Below are positions 20,815 through 31,344 of a DNA stretch of 64,000 nt, piece after piece. A program made the position numbers and the translations under genes. How positions within the stretch are numbered: the stretch's first letter is position 1; each line of letters starts with the position of its first letter. Where the stretch lies: the NCBI GenBank assembly GCA_963742415.1, contig CAVULX010000003.1, positions 480,001 through 544,000 of the forward strand. The letters run 5' to 3'. The notes beneath the pieces are model-generated. The model did not search any database, had not been told where the DNA came from, and saw nothing but the letters and a program-made list of their open reading frames with translations. The DNA comes from an uncultured Parachlamydiaceae bacterium. GTDB lineage: Bacteria; Chlamydiota; Chlamydiia; Chlamydiales; Parachlamydiaceae.

Positions 20815-22515
20815 CTAACTTGCTCCAAACTTTTTGGCTTGGATTAAGGCTGCATCGAGGCTTGAAAAAATCCGTTCGGGGCCGATCAACTTGATCACCC
20901 CAAATTTTGTTAAATCCGTTAAAAAATTTTTATTCACTTCGGAAAGAAGCAACATGGTTCCTTCCCGCTTGCATTGATCATAAAACTCGATCAAAGAGTG
21001 CATTCCGCTGGCATCTAAAAGCTGAAGCCTCCTCATCCTTAAAATGAAAACTTTAGGCGGGGATTCAAAATTAGATAGAATTCCTTTGAGGCTGTTGGCC
21101 ACACCGAAGAAAAAGGGGCCGTTAATTTCGTAGATTTCAATCTCTGGAGAAACCCCTTTTTTATTTAAAGTTTCAATTTCTTCGGTTTCTTTATCCTCCT
21201 CCGATCCATTTTCTTGATCTAAGAATGAATAAACACCTGATATTTCTCCCATTCTTTTAATAAATATGAAAGCTGCCAAGATGACACCCACACTTACGGC
21301 CACGGTAAGGTCGACGAAAACTGTTAAAAGAAAGGTAACTAGCAGGATGGCAATATCTCCACTTGGCGCTTTGAAAATATGGAAAAAATGCTTTGCCTCG
21401 CTCATATTCCATGAAACCATGACTAATACGGCAGATAAAGCGGCTAGGGGAATTTGACTGACGACAGGGGCCAAGACAAGCAGAATAGCAAGGAGCGTAA
21501 GAGAATGGATCATCCCTGCAAGAGGTGTTTTTGCTCCGCTTTTGACATTGGTCGCTGTCCTTGCAATGGCTCCCGTTGCAGGGATCCCTCCAAAAATGAC
21601 AGAGCTTGTATTCGCTATCCCTTGTGCCATCAATTCGCAGTTAGCTTTATGAGTTGTTCCTGTCATCCCATCGGCAACGACAGCCGAGAGCAAAGATTCT
21701 ATCCCCGCCAAAAATGCCACGGTCAAAGCGTCCGGGATAAAGTCTCGAATATTTGTGATGAGGAGAGAAAAATCGGGGAAACTGGGCACCGGAAACGACC
21801 TTTGAATTTCCCCAAAACGGGTGGCAATGGTTTCCACGGGCAAATGGAAACCCCATGTGATCACTGTGGATATGGCTACAGCGGTAATTCCCCAAGGCAT
21901 GACTGGTAGAAAGCGGCGGATTAACAAAATGAGCAACAAAGTACCTAAGGCCACCAGGAATGTGCTAGGATCAAATGTTGGCAAAGCAGAAAAAAGGACT
22001 TTCCACTTTTGGATAAAGTCTGCGGGAAGATTTTGGATTTTGAGTCCGAGAAAGTCTTTCACTTGAGACGAAAAAATAATCACAGCAATTCCCGTAGTGA
22101 AACCTGTGATTAACGGATAAGGAACATATTTAATTAAATTGCCAAGCCTGGCTAAAGCCGAAATCACCAGGATAATCCCCGCCAAGATAGTGACGATAAC
22201 AAGACCGTCATAGCCCGATCGTTGGACAATATCGTAGATGATGACAACAAAGGCTCCGGTGGGGCCCCCAATTTGAAATCGGCTTCCACCTAAAAGGGAG
22301 ATCAAAAATCCTGCAATAATCGCCGTATACAATCCCCTTTCTGGGGTCAACCCGGCTGCAATGGAAAAGGCCATTGCCAAGGGCAAGGCCACGACACCAA
22401 CTGTAATGCCTGCAATTAAATCCCCTTTAAAGTAGTCTAACGAGTAATTTTTGCTTAGCAAAAGCCAAGATTTAGGGATAAAATTGGACCAGAACGACGT
22501 TTTTTCCTGATGCAT
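20815..22515 (-). CDS. SulP-family anion transporter with STAS domain
   Basis: DLIAGITVGVVALPLAMAF, QIGGPTGAF, ESLLSAVVAD, ATGAIARTA, GPFFFG and LDASG. Confidence 0.95.
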   Translation of the reverse strand: MHQEKTSFWSNFIPKSWLLLSKNYSLDYFKGDLIAGITVGVVALPLAMAFSIAAGLTPERGLYTAIIAGFLISLLGGSRFQIGGPTGAFVVIIYDIVQRSGYDGLVIVTILAGIILVISALARLGNLIKYVPYPLITGFTTGIAVIIFSSQVKDFLGLKIQNLPADFIQKWKVLFSALPTFDPSTFLVALGTLLLILLIRRFLPVMPWGITAVAISTVITWGFHLPVETIATRFGEIQRSFPVPSFPDFSLLITNIRDFIPDALTVAFLAGIESLLSAVVADGMTGTTHKANCELMAQGIANTSSVIFGGIPATGAIARTATNVKSGAKTPLAGMIHSLTLLAILLVLAPVVSQIPLAALSAVLVMVSWNMSEAKHFFHIFKAPSGDIAILLVTFLLTVFVDLTVAVSVGVILAAFIFIKRMGEISGVYSFLDQENGSEEDKETEEIETLNKKGVSPEIEIYEINGPFFFGVANSLKGILSNFESPPKVFILRMRRLQLLDASGMHSLIEFYDQCKREGTMLLLSEVNKNFLTDLTKFGVIKLIGPERIFSSLDAALIQAKKFGAS

Positions 22516-22590
22516 GATTCCATTTCCATTTCTTATGTTGTTTCATGATTTACTACAGAGCCAGTGAGATCACTCCTAAGTAACTAGGCA

Positions 22591-22725
22591 CAGAGAAGAA
22601 ACAGGATAAGCAGGATAAAAGAAAAAACGATGTCAACAGTCTTATCCGCATATTCTTACTCTTTATTCAATATCCTGCTTATCCTGCCGTTTACGATCCT
22701 GCTTATCCTATTTTTTCCTTCTCTG
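22591..22725. repeat. inverted-repeat element built on caggataag 9-mers
   Basis: acaggataagcaggata at 22601 faces atcctgcttatcct copies at ~22672 and ~22696; outer cagagaag/cttctctg. Confidence 0.65.
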
Positions 22726-22821
22726 ACTATTTTGACAGTCTAAAATCAAGTTATTTAGGGTTGTTAGAAGTGAAGAAGAAAATAAGAAAATGAACCGGCT
22801 ATCCCCCCTCTCTGTGGTAAA

Positions 22822-24663
22822 TCATTCCTGTGGCTCGTGGTTTTTCTTAGACAAGGCGATCATCAAAACGGAAATATCGGCAGGGGATACGCCGGAAATG
22901 CGGGAAGCTTGCCCCAAATTTTGAGGATTGTGTTTGCTTAATTTTTGTTTGGCTTCGGTCCTTAATCCGATGATTGAATTAAAATCAAAGTTTTCCGGGA
23001 TCTTGATTTTCTCGACATAAGACAACTTATTAATCTCGCTTTTCTGCCTTTCGATATATCCTGCGTATTTCAAATTAAGCTCGATTTGGCAATTGGTCTC
23101 CTCCCCATGGTTGAAAACCGCATCGGGAAAATCACGTAAAAGGGTTTCATAAGTAACTTCAGGGCGACATAGGAGCTGGGCTAATGAAAAACCTTTGCCA
23201 TTTTGCTGATGATAGATTTTGCTCAACCTTTCTATTTCCTTTTCGATCAACCTTTCTTTTTGCTGTAAACGTGTATACCGTTCATGGTCTATAAGCCCCA
23301 CTTGGTAGCCATGACGGCGCAATCTCAAATCGGCATTGTCTTGACGCAAAAGCAGCCGATGTTCTGCGCGGCTTGTAAACATCCGGTAAGGCTCATCCAA
23401 CCCTTTTGTCACAAGGTCATCGATCATGACACCGATATAGGCTTCAGACCGTTGTAAAATCAAGGGAGGCGACCCTTTGGCTTTGTTGGCGGCATTTATT
23501 CCCGCTATGATCCCTTGTCCGGCAGCTTCTTCGTAGCCCGAAGTGCCGTTGATTTGCCCCGCCAGGAAGAGCCCTTCAATTGTTTTTGATTCCAACGAAG
23601 GGAAAAGCTGGCCGCACAAAACGTAATCATACTCGATCGCATACGCGGGCCGCATGATTTCAGCATGGCGCAAAGCTGGGATGCTGTGAATGAACTCCAA
23701 CTGAACATCAAAAGGCAAGGAGGAGGACATCCCATTGACATAGACTTCTTGCGTATTGAGTCCTTCCGGCTCGAGGAAAATCTGATGCCGCTCTTTGTCG
23801 GCAAAGCGTACCACCTTGTCTTCAATCGAAGGGCAGTAGCGGGGGCCAATCCCTTGAATTTTTCCCGAATACATCGGGGAACGGTGAAGGTTGGCAAGGA
23901 TGATCTCTTTGGTTTTTTCGGTCGTATAAGTGATATGGCAAGAGACTTGTGGAAGACGGGGGATCCCTTCATCATCGAAGGAAAATTTTACATTTGGATC
24001 CCCAGGCTGCTCCTCCGTTAAGCTATAATCGATCGACCGTTTGTTGATCCTTGGGGGAGTCCCAGTTTTCAAGCGGCCCAAGTGAATCCCCAGTTTTTCC
24101 AAGCTCGCCGAAAGCCCAACGGCAGGCTGATCGCCAGCGCGCCCTCCTGAATAATTGGTTTCTCCAATATGGAGGAGGCCCCTCATAAATGTGCCTGAAG
24201 AGATTACCAAGGTTTTAGTGTGATAAATGATCCCTTCTTTCGTGATCACACCCGCTATGCGATCCTCTTTGATTAGAAGATCTTCGATGGTTCCTTGCTT
24301 GATTTCGAGATTGGGTGTTTTTTCAAGACGATGTTTCATTTCAAATTGATAGGCGATCTTGTCGGCTTGCGCTCTGGGAGCCCACACAGCAGGACCTTTG
24401 GTGGCGTTGAGCATGCGGAACTGGATGCCGGTCGCATCGGTCACTTTGCCCATTTCACCGCCGAGGGCATCGATTTCTCGGACGATATGCCCTTTTGCAA
24501 TCCCCCCGACCGCCGGATTGCAGCTCATTTTCCCGATGGTGTCCAATGTCATTGTGAGCAAGAGTGTGCGTGCGCCCATCCGTGCTGAAGCAAAAGCCGC
24601 TTCACAGCCGGCATGGCCCCCGCCTATGACGATGACATCGTATTCTACAGGATATTTCCACAT
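22822..24663 (-). CDS. mnmG: tRNA uridine-5-carboxymethylaminomethyl synthesis enzyme MnmG (GidA)
   Basis: [53 protein letters not shown]. Confidence 0.98.
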   Translation of the reverse strand: MWKYPVEYDVIVIGGGHAGCEAAFASARMGARTLLLTMTLDTIGKMSCNPAVGGIAKGHIVREIDALGGEMGKVTDATGIQFRMLNATKGPAVWAPRAQADKIAYQFEMKHRLEKTPNLEIKQGTIEDLLIKEDRIAGVITKEGIIYHTKTLVISSGTFMRGLLHIGETNYSGGRAGDQPAVGLSASLEKLGIHLGRLKTGTPPRINKRSIDYSLTEEQPGDPNVKFSFDDEGIPRLPQVSCHITYTTEKTKEIILANLHRSPMYSGKIQGIGPRYCPSIEDKVVRFADKERHQIFLEPEGLNTQEVYVNGMSSSLPFDVQLEFIHSIPALRHAEIMRPAYAIEYDYVLCGQLFPSLESKTIEGLFLAGQINGTSGYEEAAGQGIIAGINAANKAKGSPPLILQRSEAYIGVMIDDLVTKGLDEPYRMFTSRAEHRLLLRQDNADLRLRRHGYQVGLIDHERYTRLQQKERLIEKEIERLSKIYHQQNGKGFSLAQLLCRPEVTYETLLRDFPDAVFNHGEETNCQIELNLKYAGYIERQKSEINKLSYVEKIKIPENFDFNSIIGLRTEAKQKLSKHNPQNLGQASRISGVSPADISVLMIALSKKNHEPQE

Positions 24664-24917
24664 GATAGCGAACCAACAATATTATTATTTTTGTCTAAAG
24701 AAATCAGAATAGAGGTGTTGGATTTCGAAAGAAGACATATGCTGGGGAAATACTCCCCAGCAAAATTTTCCCTATTTGCCTTTGTGACGATCACGTCGGC
24801 TACGTTTTTTCCGTTTGTGCTTAGCGATTTTGTATTTTCGCTTCTTTTTTACAGAAGACATGTTTACTCCAAAATAAGATACACATAAATCAATAGCAAT
24901 GATGATAAGAAAAAGGA

Positions 24918-26492
24918 TTATTTTTTTCCAGTCATTTCGCCGATTAATCTTTTGATCTGATTTTTTACCGCAGTTCGTTCATGCGAATTGCAAAAAGCGT
25001 AATATGTCAAAGAAGCTGAGATCATCACGTAAACCAAGCCCCCCAAAAGCAATAATCCGAAGGTTTCCCATCGATTTTGCATCACGGATAGGAACCAGGG
25101 TTGCATCAATTTATGGATGCAAAAGCCAATGAAATAGGGGCAAACTCCGGGAAAAAATACTTGGGAGATGAAGGTTTTCTGCGGGAGTTCAAAATATCGA
25201 TTGCAAAAATAAATATAGACGAACGCCGAGAGAACCATCATCGATGCCACAGTGTAATTAATGACCATAATGGTATAGCCAAACAAAGGAAAGGCGACAA
25301 CAGCCGCAGCGAGGACAAAAACCAATTGTAATAAGGAGTAAACCAATTCCCTTGCAGGGCGGTTAATGCTTCTGTAGATGGCAGAGCCTGCTCCGGTCAT
25401 GACATCCATTTGATAAGCAAAAGAGAAAAACACCAAGATCACGGCCGCTATTTCATACTTGGGATCTGGACCTAACCAACAGGTAATCAGGGGTAATGAG
25501 AAAGAAGCAAGAAATCCCATGATCAGGCCGGTCAGCAAGTTAACCCAACGGGTTCCATGCAAATAAATTTGTTTAATGGTTTCATGTTCTTCTTTTGCAT
25601 GAAGCTGGGCCGTTGCCGGCAAAAAGACGTTGATAACTGAACCCGGAAGAATCAAGGCTGTAGTAGGAAATTTTTCACCTACATCATAAAGTGCGGTCGC
25701 TGCAGGCCCCATAAATAACCCTGCAAAGACTTTTTCGATGGATCTATTGATGACGCTGAGGATCCCTGTCAGTTGGACAATCCCGCCAAAATGAAAAAAC
25801 AGGTTAAACAAAGAAGAGTCGAAAAATTTGAGCTTTAATGACAAACCCGGAACAATTTTAAAACAAGCAACGGCGCAAAGGAGGCCGCTGAACAAGATGC
25901 GTGCCATGTAGGCCCACAATAGGGCATAAATGCCAAAATGGAACACCAACAAGACCACAATAATGGTTGTTTCTAGAAAAAATGATATCATCCAGATCGT
26001 CCTTTCTATAACAAATAACTGCAGACTTTGCAGCATGAGGGCGAAAGCATTAAAAAAAAGATCTACAAGAAAAATGGCAATGGTCCAAAAAATCAGGTTG
26101 AAAGCTGTGGATTGCAATTCAGCTGAAACATGCAAGAGGTGCAGAAACCAAGGAAGAAGACCCCAAATAAATGGGAGTAAAATCAAGCAAATTGAACCGA
26201 CAAGAATCAATCCTGTCGTCGCTAGCTTGTTGATGTTACGGGTTTCTTTATTTGCCGCATAAACAGCAAAGTACCGAACGTAGACATTGGAAATGCCGAA
26301 AGCGCTCAAGCTGATGTAGCCAATAAAAATAAAGCAATAGGACCAAAGGCCATATTCAGCAAGAGTCACGTAATGCAAGATAAAAGGGGGAATAAATAAT
26401 CGGGTAACAAGGTAAACAATATTTGCTAGAAACGAAAAGGAGGCATTGCGTGAAAGGGTCGCTTGGATCTCTTGTTTTTCTAAAGGTTCCAT
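24918..26492 (-). CDS. MOP-superfamily (Wzx-like) oligosaccharide flippase
   Basis: polytopic membrane protein; RNASFSFLANIVY...EYGLW start typical of polysaccharide exporters. Confidence 0.8.
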   Translation of the reverse strand: MEPLEKQEIQATLSRNASFSFLANIVYLVTRLFIPPFILHYVTLAEYGLWSYCFIFIGYISLSAFGISNVYVRYFAVYAANKETRNINKLATTGLILVGSICLILLPFIWGLLPWFLHLLHVSAELQSTAFNLIFWTIAIFLVDLFFNAFALMLQSLQLFVIERTIWMISFFLETTIIVVLLVFHFGIYALLWAYMARILFSGLLCAVACFKIVPGLSLKLKFFDSSLFNLFFHFGGIVQLTGILSVINRSIEKVFAGLFMGPAATALYDVGEKFPTTALILPGSVINVFLPATAQLHAKEEHETIKQIYLHGTRWVNLLTGLIMGFLASFSLPLITCWLGPDPKYEIAAVILVFFSFAYQMDVMTGAGSAIYRSINRPARELVYSLLQLVFVLAAAVVAFPLFGYTIMVINYTVASMMVLSAFVYIYFCNRYFELPQKTFISQVFFPGVCPYFIGFCIHKLMQPWFLSVMQNRWETFGLLLLGGLVYVMISASLTYYAFCNSHERTAVKNQIKRLIGEMTGKK

Positions 26493-26498
26493 AAGCCT

Positions 26499-27080
26499 TT
26501 ATTTTGGAGCGACAGGCTTGCAGGGGTCTAACGTATAATAAGTCCTGGTAGCAGGGTCTTGAGCTATAACTTTACGGGCAAAATCTAGAGGCTCTTCTTG
26601 AAGCTTCTCTAAGTCTCCGCATCCGTTTACACCATAATAGGTTATCACACCCTCGGAAAAACTCAAGTATTTGAGCTGCCCGGCAGAAAAATAGGAGAAT
26701 TTACAGTTACCCACAAAGTTGACACTGATCTCAAGGCGGTTCAAAGTAAATGGGGGGCAATAAAGATAAGGTTTAAGGCAATCTGATGAGTTTATGAGTT
26801 GGAGGAAACCGTCGATCAATTGCAGTATCATTTTCCGTCCATTCACGATGTCATACTGAACGGGAGATTGAAACTGCAAGCCCAGCTTGCAAATTTTTTC
26901 GTCCATTGATCCAGTTTGATTGATTAAGCGGATATTGTTATGCTCCTCTAATTTTTCGATCCAATCTGTCACTGTCACATTCAATTTATTTGCATAGCTT
27001 TCTTGAGCTCCACTAGAGCGAAAGTCGACAGTATTGTGGACAAGCAGCATCACAGGAATGAAAAGTGATAAAAAATTCAT
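26499..27080 (-). CDS. exported chlamydial hypothetical protein
   Basis: signal peptide; FLQLINS..LKPYL..PFTL.RLEISVNF motif recalled from an environmental-chlamydia paralog family. Confidence 0.7.
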   Translation of the reverse strand: MNFLSLFIPVMLLVHNTVDFRSSGAQESYANKLNVTVTDWIEKLEEHNNIRLINQTGSMDEKICKLGLQFQSPVQYDIVNGRKMILQLIDGFLQLINSSDCLKPYLYCPPFTLNRLEISVNFVGNCKFSYFSAGQLKYLSFSEGVITYYGVNGCGDLEKLQEEPLDFARKVIAQDPATRTYYTLDPCKPVAPK

Positions 27081-27229
27081 AACATTGATCCTCTAAATTT
27101 ATCAGTGTATCGACTCTATGTTTTTTTTCAATGAACGTTTTTACTTTTTGATCCTATTATATTGTTTTTTTTGTTATTGTCCGTTTCTATGAGAGGGGTA
27201 AACACACCAAGATAAAAAAAGCAGATGGG

Positions 27230-27595
27230 ATGAAGATCATGAAAATGAAAAATTACTTTCTTTTTTTTCTTCTTATGGTTCTTCCTACAATGGGATTTTC
27301 CCAGGCGTGTAAGCTTTCTGGCCGTTGTCAACGTCCCATAGAACCAGCCTTTGAAAAACTCTACGTCTGTCAGAGCCAGCTTGTCTATCTTCCCGATGGC
27401 TTATATTATTGCAATCAAGAGGGGAAGCTCAATAAAGTTCGAACTCTGCTTCATGACTGTGATGGGATGTATATTATTATTATCCGCCATCAATGCCCCC
27501 TGTGCGGCCGGAGTTGGGAGTTTCCTCCGGATGAAAATGAATTCGGTTGCCCAATCTATCAAAAAGAAGTTCTGCCAGATATCTGGAGCAAGTGA
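27230..27595 (+). CDS. small exported Cys-rich hypothetical protein
   Basis: signal peptide; CPLC...CP motif. Confidence 0.65.
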   Translation: MKIMKMKNYFLFFLLMVLPTMGFSQACKLSGRCQRPIEPAFEKLYVCQSQLVYLPDGLYYCNQEGKLNKVRTLLHDCDGMYIIIIRHQCPLCGRSWEFPPDENEFGCPIYQKEVLPDIWSK

Positions 27596-27617
27596 TTTTC
27601 AATAAAATATTGAGTGA

Positions 27618-28529
27618 TTAGAGTTGGTTTGTTAAGGCAAGGAGCTCTGGAGTGGCTATTTGGAGCTTTTGGAGGGTTTCATTGTAGCCGGCGATCTCCT
27701 CTTTGACTTTGGTATGTGCTGTCTCTAAGCCAAACCTTGAGGCGATGTTGACAAGCCTGTTATTTTTTGCATCTTGCTTGATGTCGCCGATATCGTCGGC
27801 TATCTGAAAAGCTAAGCCAAAATGAGCTGCCGCTTTTTTCACAAGGGGCAACTGATCTGGATTTCCTCCTCCAAATAACCACCCATACACAAAAGAGACT
27901 TCAAACAAAGAAACAGTTTTTTTATGAATGATCTCTTGCAACGCAGAAAAAGATAAGTCGGGAGGAAAAATGTCAAAAAATTGCCCTCCGGTAGCACCTT
28001 GGATGCCTGTATTGTAGGCGGCATTCTCCAAAGCCAAAATGCCAATATGATCCGCCTTATGGGAAAAAGGAAGTTGGGTTCCTTTTAATGATTTTACATT
28101 TTTTTCGAGGCAGCCATACCCCATCGCAATCAAAGCATAGCTAACTAAGAGTGCTACAGATTCCCCATAGACTTTATGAACTGTGGGCTTGGAGCGTCTT
28201 TCCTCATCATCATCCATGCAAGGCAAATCATCGGCCACCAAAGAAGCTGTATGAAAATATTCGATGGACAAAGCTGCCTGGGAAACATCGGTATTAAATC
28301 CAAGCGCTTCGGCCACCAAAAATACTATGGCTGGCCTCATCCGCTTTCCCCCATTTGTCAATGCGTACTCGCATGCTTCGCTGAGTTTTGTCTTAAAGCC
28401 AAAAGCCGCTATATTTTCAATAATTTTCGCTTCGATAAACTGTTGATAATGATGAATGGATTTGACCATGCAAATATAGTACTCCAAAAAAGGTCTATTA
28501 TACTGTTTTTCGTTGTTTTTGAGAAACAT
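27618..28529 (-). CDS. ispA: polyprenyl diphosphate synthase (geranyltranstransferase-type)
   Basis: GGKRMRP, HTASLVADDLPCMDDD..RR, GGQFFD, KT, FQIADDI.D; true start may be MVKS. Confidence 0.85.
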   Translation of the reverse strand: MFLKNNEKQYNRPFLEYYICMVKSIHHYQQFIEAKIIENIAAFGFKTKLSEACEYALTNGGKRMRPAIVFLVAEALGFNTDVSQAALSIEYFHTASLVADDLPCMDDDEERRSKPTVHKVYGESVALLVSYALIAMGYGCLEKNVKSLKGTQLPFSHKADHIGILALENAAYNTGIQGATGGQFFDIFPPDLSFSALQEIIHKKTVSLFEVSFVYGWLFGGGNPDQLPLVKKAAAHFGLAFQIADDIGDIKQDAKNNRLVNIASRFGLETAHTKVKEEIAGYNETLQKLQIATPELLALTNQL

Positions 28530-28623
28530 AATGGCATAATGAACTCACGAATGGGTATGCAATCTCAATGAAGATTAAAAGTCTTGTTTAAAAATTGTGA
28601 TGCAACACAGAAGAAAGTAAAGT

Positions 28624-28673
28624 TATACCGAACGCGGCTCAAAAATTGGAATTTGGAGCTGCGGCAAAAACCC
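28624..28673 (+). repeat. repeat family A, left (partial) copy
   Basis: tataccgaacgcggctcaaaaattggaatttggagctgcggcaaaaaccc, nearly identical to 29961-30010. Confidence 0.9.
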
Positions 28674-28690
28674 GCTTAAGATTGCTAATA

Positions 28691-29848
28691 TTATTGTTTA
28701 CACTCACTAGTACCGCCTTTTGAACTTCCCTCTTCCCCTTCTCTAGATGAAATTTTCTCATAGAGATCTTGTAATGACATTTGGCTCTCGATAGTTTTTT
28801 GAAAAATAAAAGGCCTAGGATCTTGGCCTAGTGTCCAAAGATCTTCTCGCATATGTTCAATACTATGAAATACACGAACACCCATCTCAACAGAATCTGT
28901 AAGATTATTAAATACACGAGCATTCGTCTGAGCAGTCTGATTTGCCAATGCTTTGTTCATTTCCTCTATACCTAAGTAATTGTCTGCATGTTGTACCAAT
29001 CTGTCGCCAACCTTTTTTTCTTGGCATGCAGTCCTCAAAAATTTGAGTATGTCATCAGCTGCATAATTGGCATTATTTTTGATCGTTAAAAGATCGTGAA
29101 GAACGCCGAGCTTTTCAGCTCTTTCCATAATGGCTATAGCTGATCTTATTTGTCCTGTCATAATTGCAAAATGCAAGGCAGAATTGCCTCTAGAATTAAC
29201 GTATAATAAATCTTCTACTCCATATGCAATGAGAATATTTTTGATTCCTTCGTAATTGCCCATTTTAACTAACAAAACAAGGGGATTATTTTGTGACTTA
29301 CCTATCTCGCCACTTTTTTCCGTAACTTGTTCTCCGAAATTGTTGGGTCTGGTTAATGCATTTTTAGCATTCTCATCTTGGCCAACGCGGTCAGCTAAAA
29401 ATTTGAGAAAAGAGTCGAGCACCTCTTTATTATTTTTATAATTCTCCAGCTTTCCAAATGCAAAACTAGCTAGTAGCTTAGTCAGGCCAGTATTTTTAAT
29501 TCCAGAATCTTCAGAATGGAATTCAGCCAACTCGGACATCAAATCTGGGTTTTTCTGATATTCATCAAATGTATGAAGAACTTTCACCTTTGGCGTTGGT
29601 CTTCGAACCGTAACAGGGGGATTTACAGGGAGATTTTCCGTAGGTTTTGGATCAGAGGGATTTCCCGTAGGTTGATGATTAACTTTTCTTTGGCCAAGGC
29701 CCAAAGAACTAGAATTCGTGTTTCCTCGAAAAATACTTCTGAGAGCCACTATAACAACCAAAGAGAATGCAGCAACCCCAACAACTTTCCCAAGGGAGGA
29801 ATTAAAAGCCGAATTTATAAAATTAGTTATATTATTTATTAATGACAT
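28691..29848 (-). CDS. ankyrin-repeat protein with N-terminal TM (candidate effector)
   Basis: TM VVGVAAFSLVVIVAL, Pro-rich linker, ankyrin-like NNPLVLLVKMGN and RGNSALHFAIMTGQ. Confidence 0.75.
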   Translation of the reverse strand: MSLINNITNFINSAFNSSLGKVVGVAAFSLVVIVALRSIFRGNTNSSSLGLGQRKVNHQPTGNPSDPKPTENLPVNPPVTVRRPTPKVKVLHTFDEYQKNPDLMSELAEFHSEDSGIKNTGLTKLLASFAFGKLENYKNNKEVLDSFLKFLADRVGQDENAKNALTRPNNFGEQVTEKSGEIGKSQNNPLVLLVKMGNYEGIKNILIAYGVEDLLYVNSRGNSALHFAIMTGQIRSAIAIMERAEKLGVLHDLLTIKNNANYAADDILKFLRTACQEKKVGDRLVQHADNYLGIEEMNKALANQTAQTNARVFNNLTDSVEMGVRVFHSIEHMREDLWTLGQDPRPFIFQKTIESQMSLQDLYEKISSREGEEGSSKGGTSECKQ

Positions 29849-29960
29849 CGTTATTACCTTTTAAATTAAAAAAACTATAACATATTTTTATAATAATTAT
29901 CAATAAAAATAGCTTCGTTATAATAAAAAAATAGTTTCATTCAAAAATTCCAAAAGTAGC

Positions 29961-30033
29961 TATACCGAACGTGATTCAAAAATTGGAATTTGGAGCTGCG
30001 GCAAAAACCCAGTTTTTGAGTCACGTCGGTATA
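29961..30033 (+). repeat. repeat family A, right copy with terminal inverted repeats (MITE-like)
   Basis: tataccgaacgtgattcaaaaa ... tttttgagtcacgtcggtata. Confidence 0.9.
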
Positions 30034-30121
30034 AGTTAATGAGCAGGACGAAATTCGAGTTCCAACCCATAAGCTCTCTTCTAACTAACTAGATTTTAGT
30101 CGATCGGCTATAAAATTTATT

Positions 30122-31282
30122 TTAAGTTATCAATGAAGCTTGATCTATTGGCTTTAGGTTGATTAAGAACTGCTCAATTGGGAGGCAGAGAATTTCATTT
30201 TGGATGAGGCGTCGTTGGCCTCTATATAGAAAAAGGGGGGTAGATTCCGGGTATTCCTCCTTAAAAGCTTTAAGACCGGAAAAATCTCGTGGAGAGATTT
30301 TATCTGTATTTTTTACTTCGATAGCCCAAAATTCATTTTTGCCATAAACAATAAAATCAACTTCGGTTCCCCCACGAGTTCGCCAAAAGAAAAGATCGTA
30401 GCGTTCCTCCTGGGCATCTATCCAAGCCTTCAAATGTTGTGCAACAAGCCCTTCAAGAGCTGCTCCTTGGATTTCTTCAGGCTTGTCCAAAGGACCTGCA
30501 GGACGTAAAGCGCGAAAAACGCCGGCGTCGAATAAATAAAATTTCGGATGGGAAACAACAGAACGTTGAGCCCTTTTAGTAAAGACATCTAAGGTATACC
30601 CTAAAAGCATATCTAAAAGAATCTGCAAATAATTTGAAACGCTTGCCCGGCTTACAGCGCATTCCGTGGTTATATTATTTAAATTCAATGAAGATCCATG
30701 CGAAAAACTCATCACTTCAAGAAAGCGGGCAAAATTTCCCACATTTCTCACTAATGCCTCAGCTTGAACCTCTTCTTTAAGGTACAAGGATGCATAACTT
30801 TTAAGAACTCTTTCTGGGTTTGGATTATCCCAAACGATGGGTAGCATCCCTATTTCTAATGCTTTTTCAAGAGTGAATAGTTTTTCAACTTCATAAGCTG
30901 TAAATGGGTCCATGAATTTGAGTAAAGCTCTGCCCGCAAGAAGATCTACGCCCGCTCGTTTGAGTTTGCGAGCCGAAGATCCTGTAAGAATAAATTGATA
31001 TCCTTTTTTTTCTTCAATGATTAAATGCACCAAAGAAAGAAGCTCGGGGAGTTTTTGAATTTCATCAATAACGACCGTTTTTTTTAACGGCATTGAATGA
31101 AGAACCTCTAGCAAACGCTCCGGCTTCGCTCCGTAAAATTGAACCTCTTCGGGCAAAAGCAAATCAATCCAGATGGCATCTTTAAAATGCTCTCGAATCC
31201 AGGTTGTTTTCCCTGTCCCGCGGGGTCCGAGAAGAAAGAAACTTTGTTTTGGAGGGACGAGAAACCTTTTAACATGATGCAT
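30122..31282 (-). CDS. AAA_14 ATPase with DUF4143 and a PD-(D/E)xK-like C-terminus
   Basis: GPRGTGKTT, IDEIQK, LTGSSARKL, LLAGRA, KFYLFDAG, EVDFIV...AIEVK. Confidence 0.9.
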   Translation of the reverse strand: MHHVKRFLVPPKQSFFLLGPRGTGKTTWIREHFKDAIWIDLLLPEEVQFYGAKPERLLEVLHSMPLKKTVVIDEIQKLPELLSLVHLIIEEKKGYQFILTGSSARKLKRAGVDLLAGRALLKFMDPFTAYEVEKLFTLEKALEIGMLPIVWDNPNPERVLKSYASLYLKEEVQAEALVRNVGNFARFLEVMSFSHGSSLNLNNITTECAVSRASVSNYLQILLDMLLGYTLDVFTKRAQRSVVSHPKFYLFDAGVFRALRPAGPLDKPEEIQGAALEGLVAQHLKAWIDAQEERYDLFFWRTRGGTEVDFIVYGKNEFWAIEVKNTDKISPRDFSGLKAFKEEYPESTPLFLYRGQRRLIQNEILCLPIEQFLINLKPIDQASLIT

Positions 31283-31284
31283 TT

Positions 31285-31333
31285 TTACAACTCAATTGTA
31301 ACTTTGAGTCTCATTTTTACATTTGAGTTGTAA
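31285..31333. promoter_or_regulatory. 17-bp inverted-repeat pair directly upstream of the AAA ATPase (candidate operator)
   Basis: ttacaactcaattgtaa (31285-31301) vs ttacatttgagttgtaa (31317-31333), one mismatch. Confidence 0.6.
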
Positions 31334-31344
31334 TTTTGCAAGGT

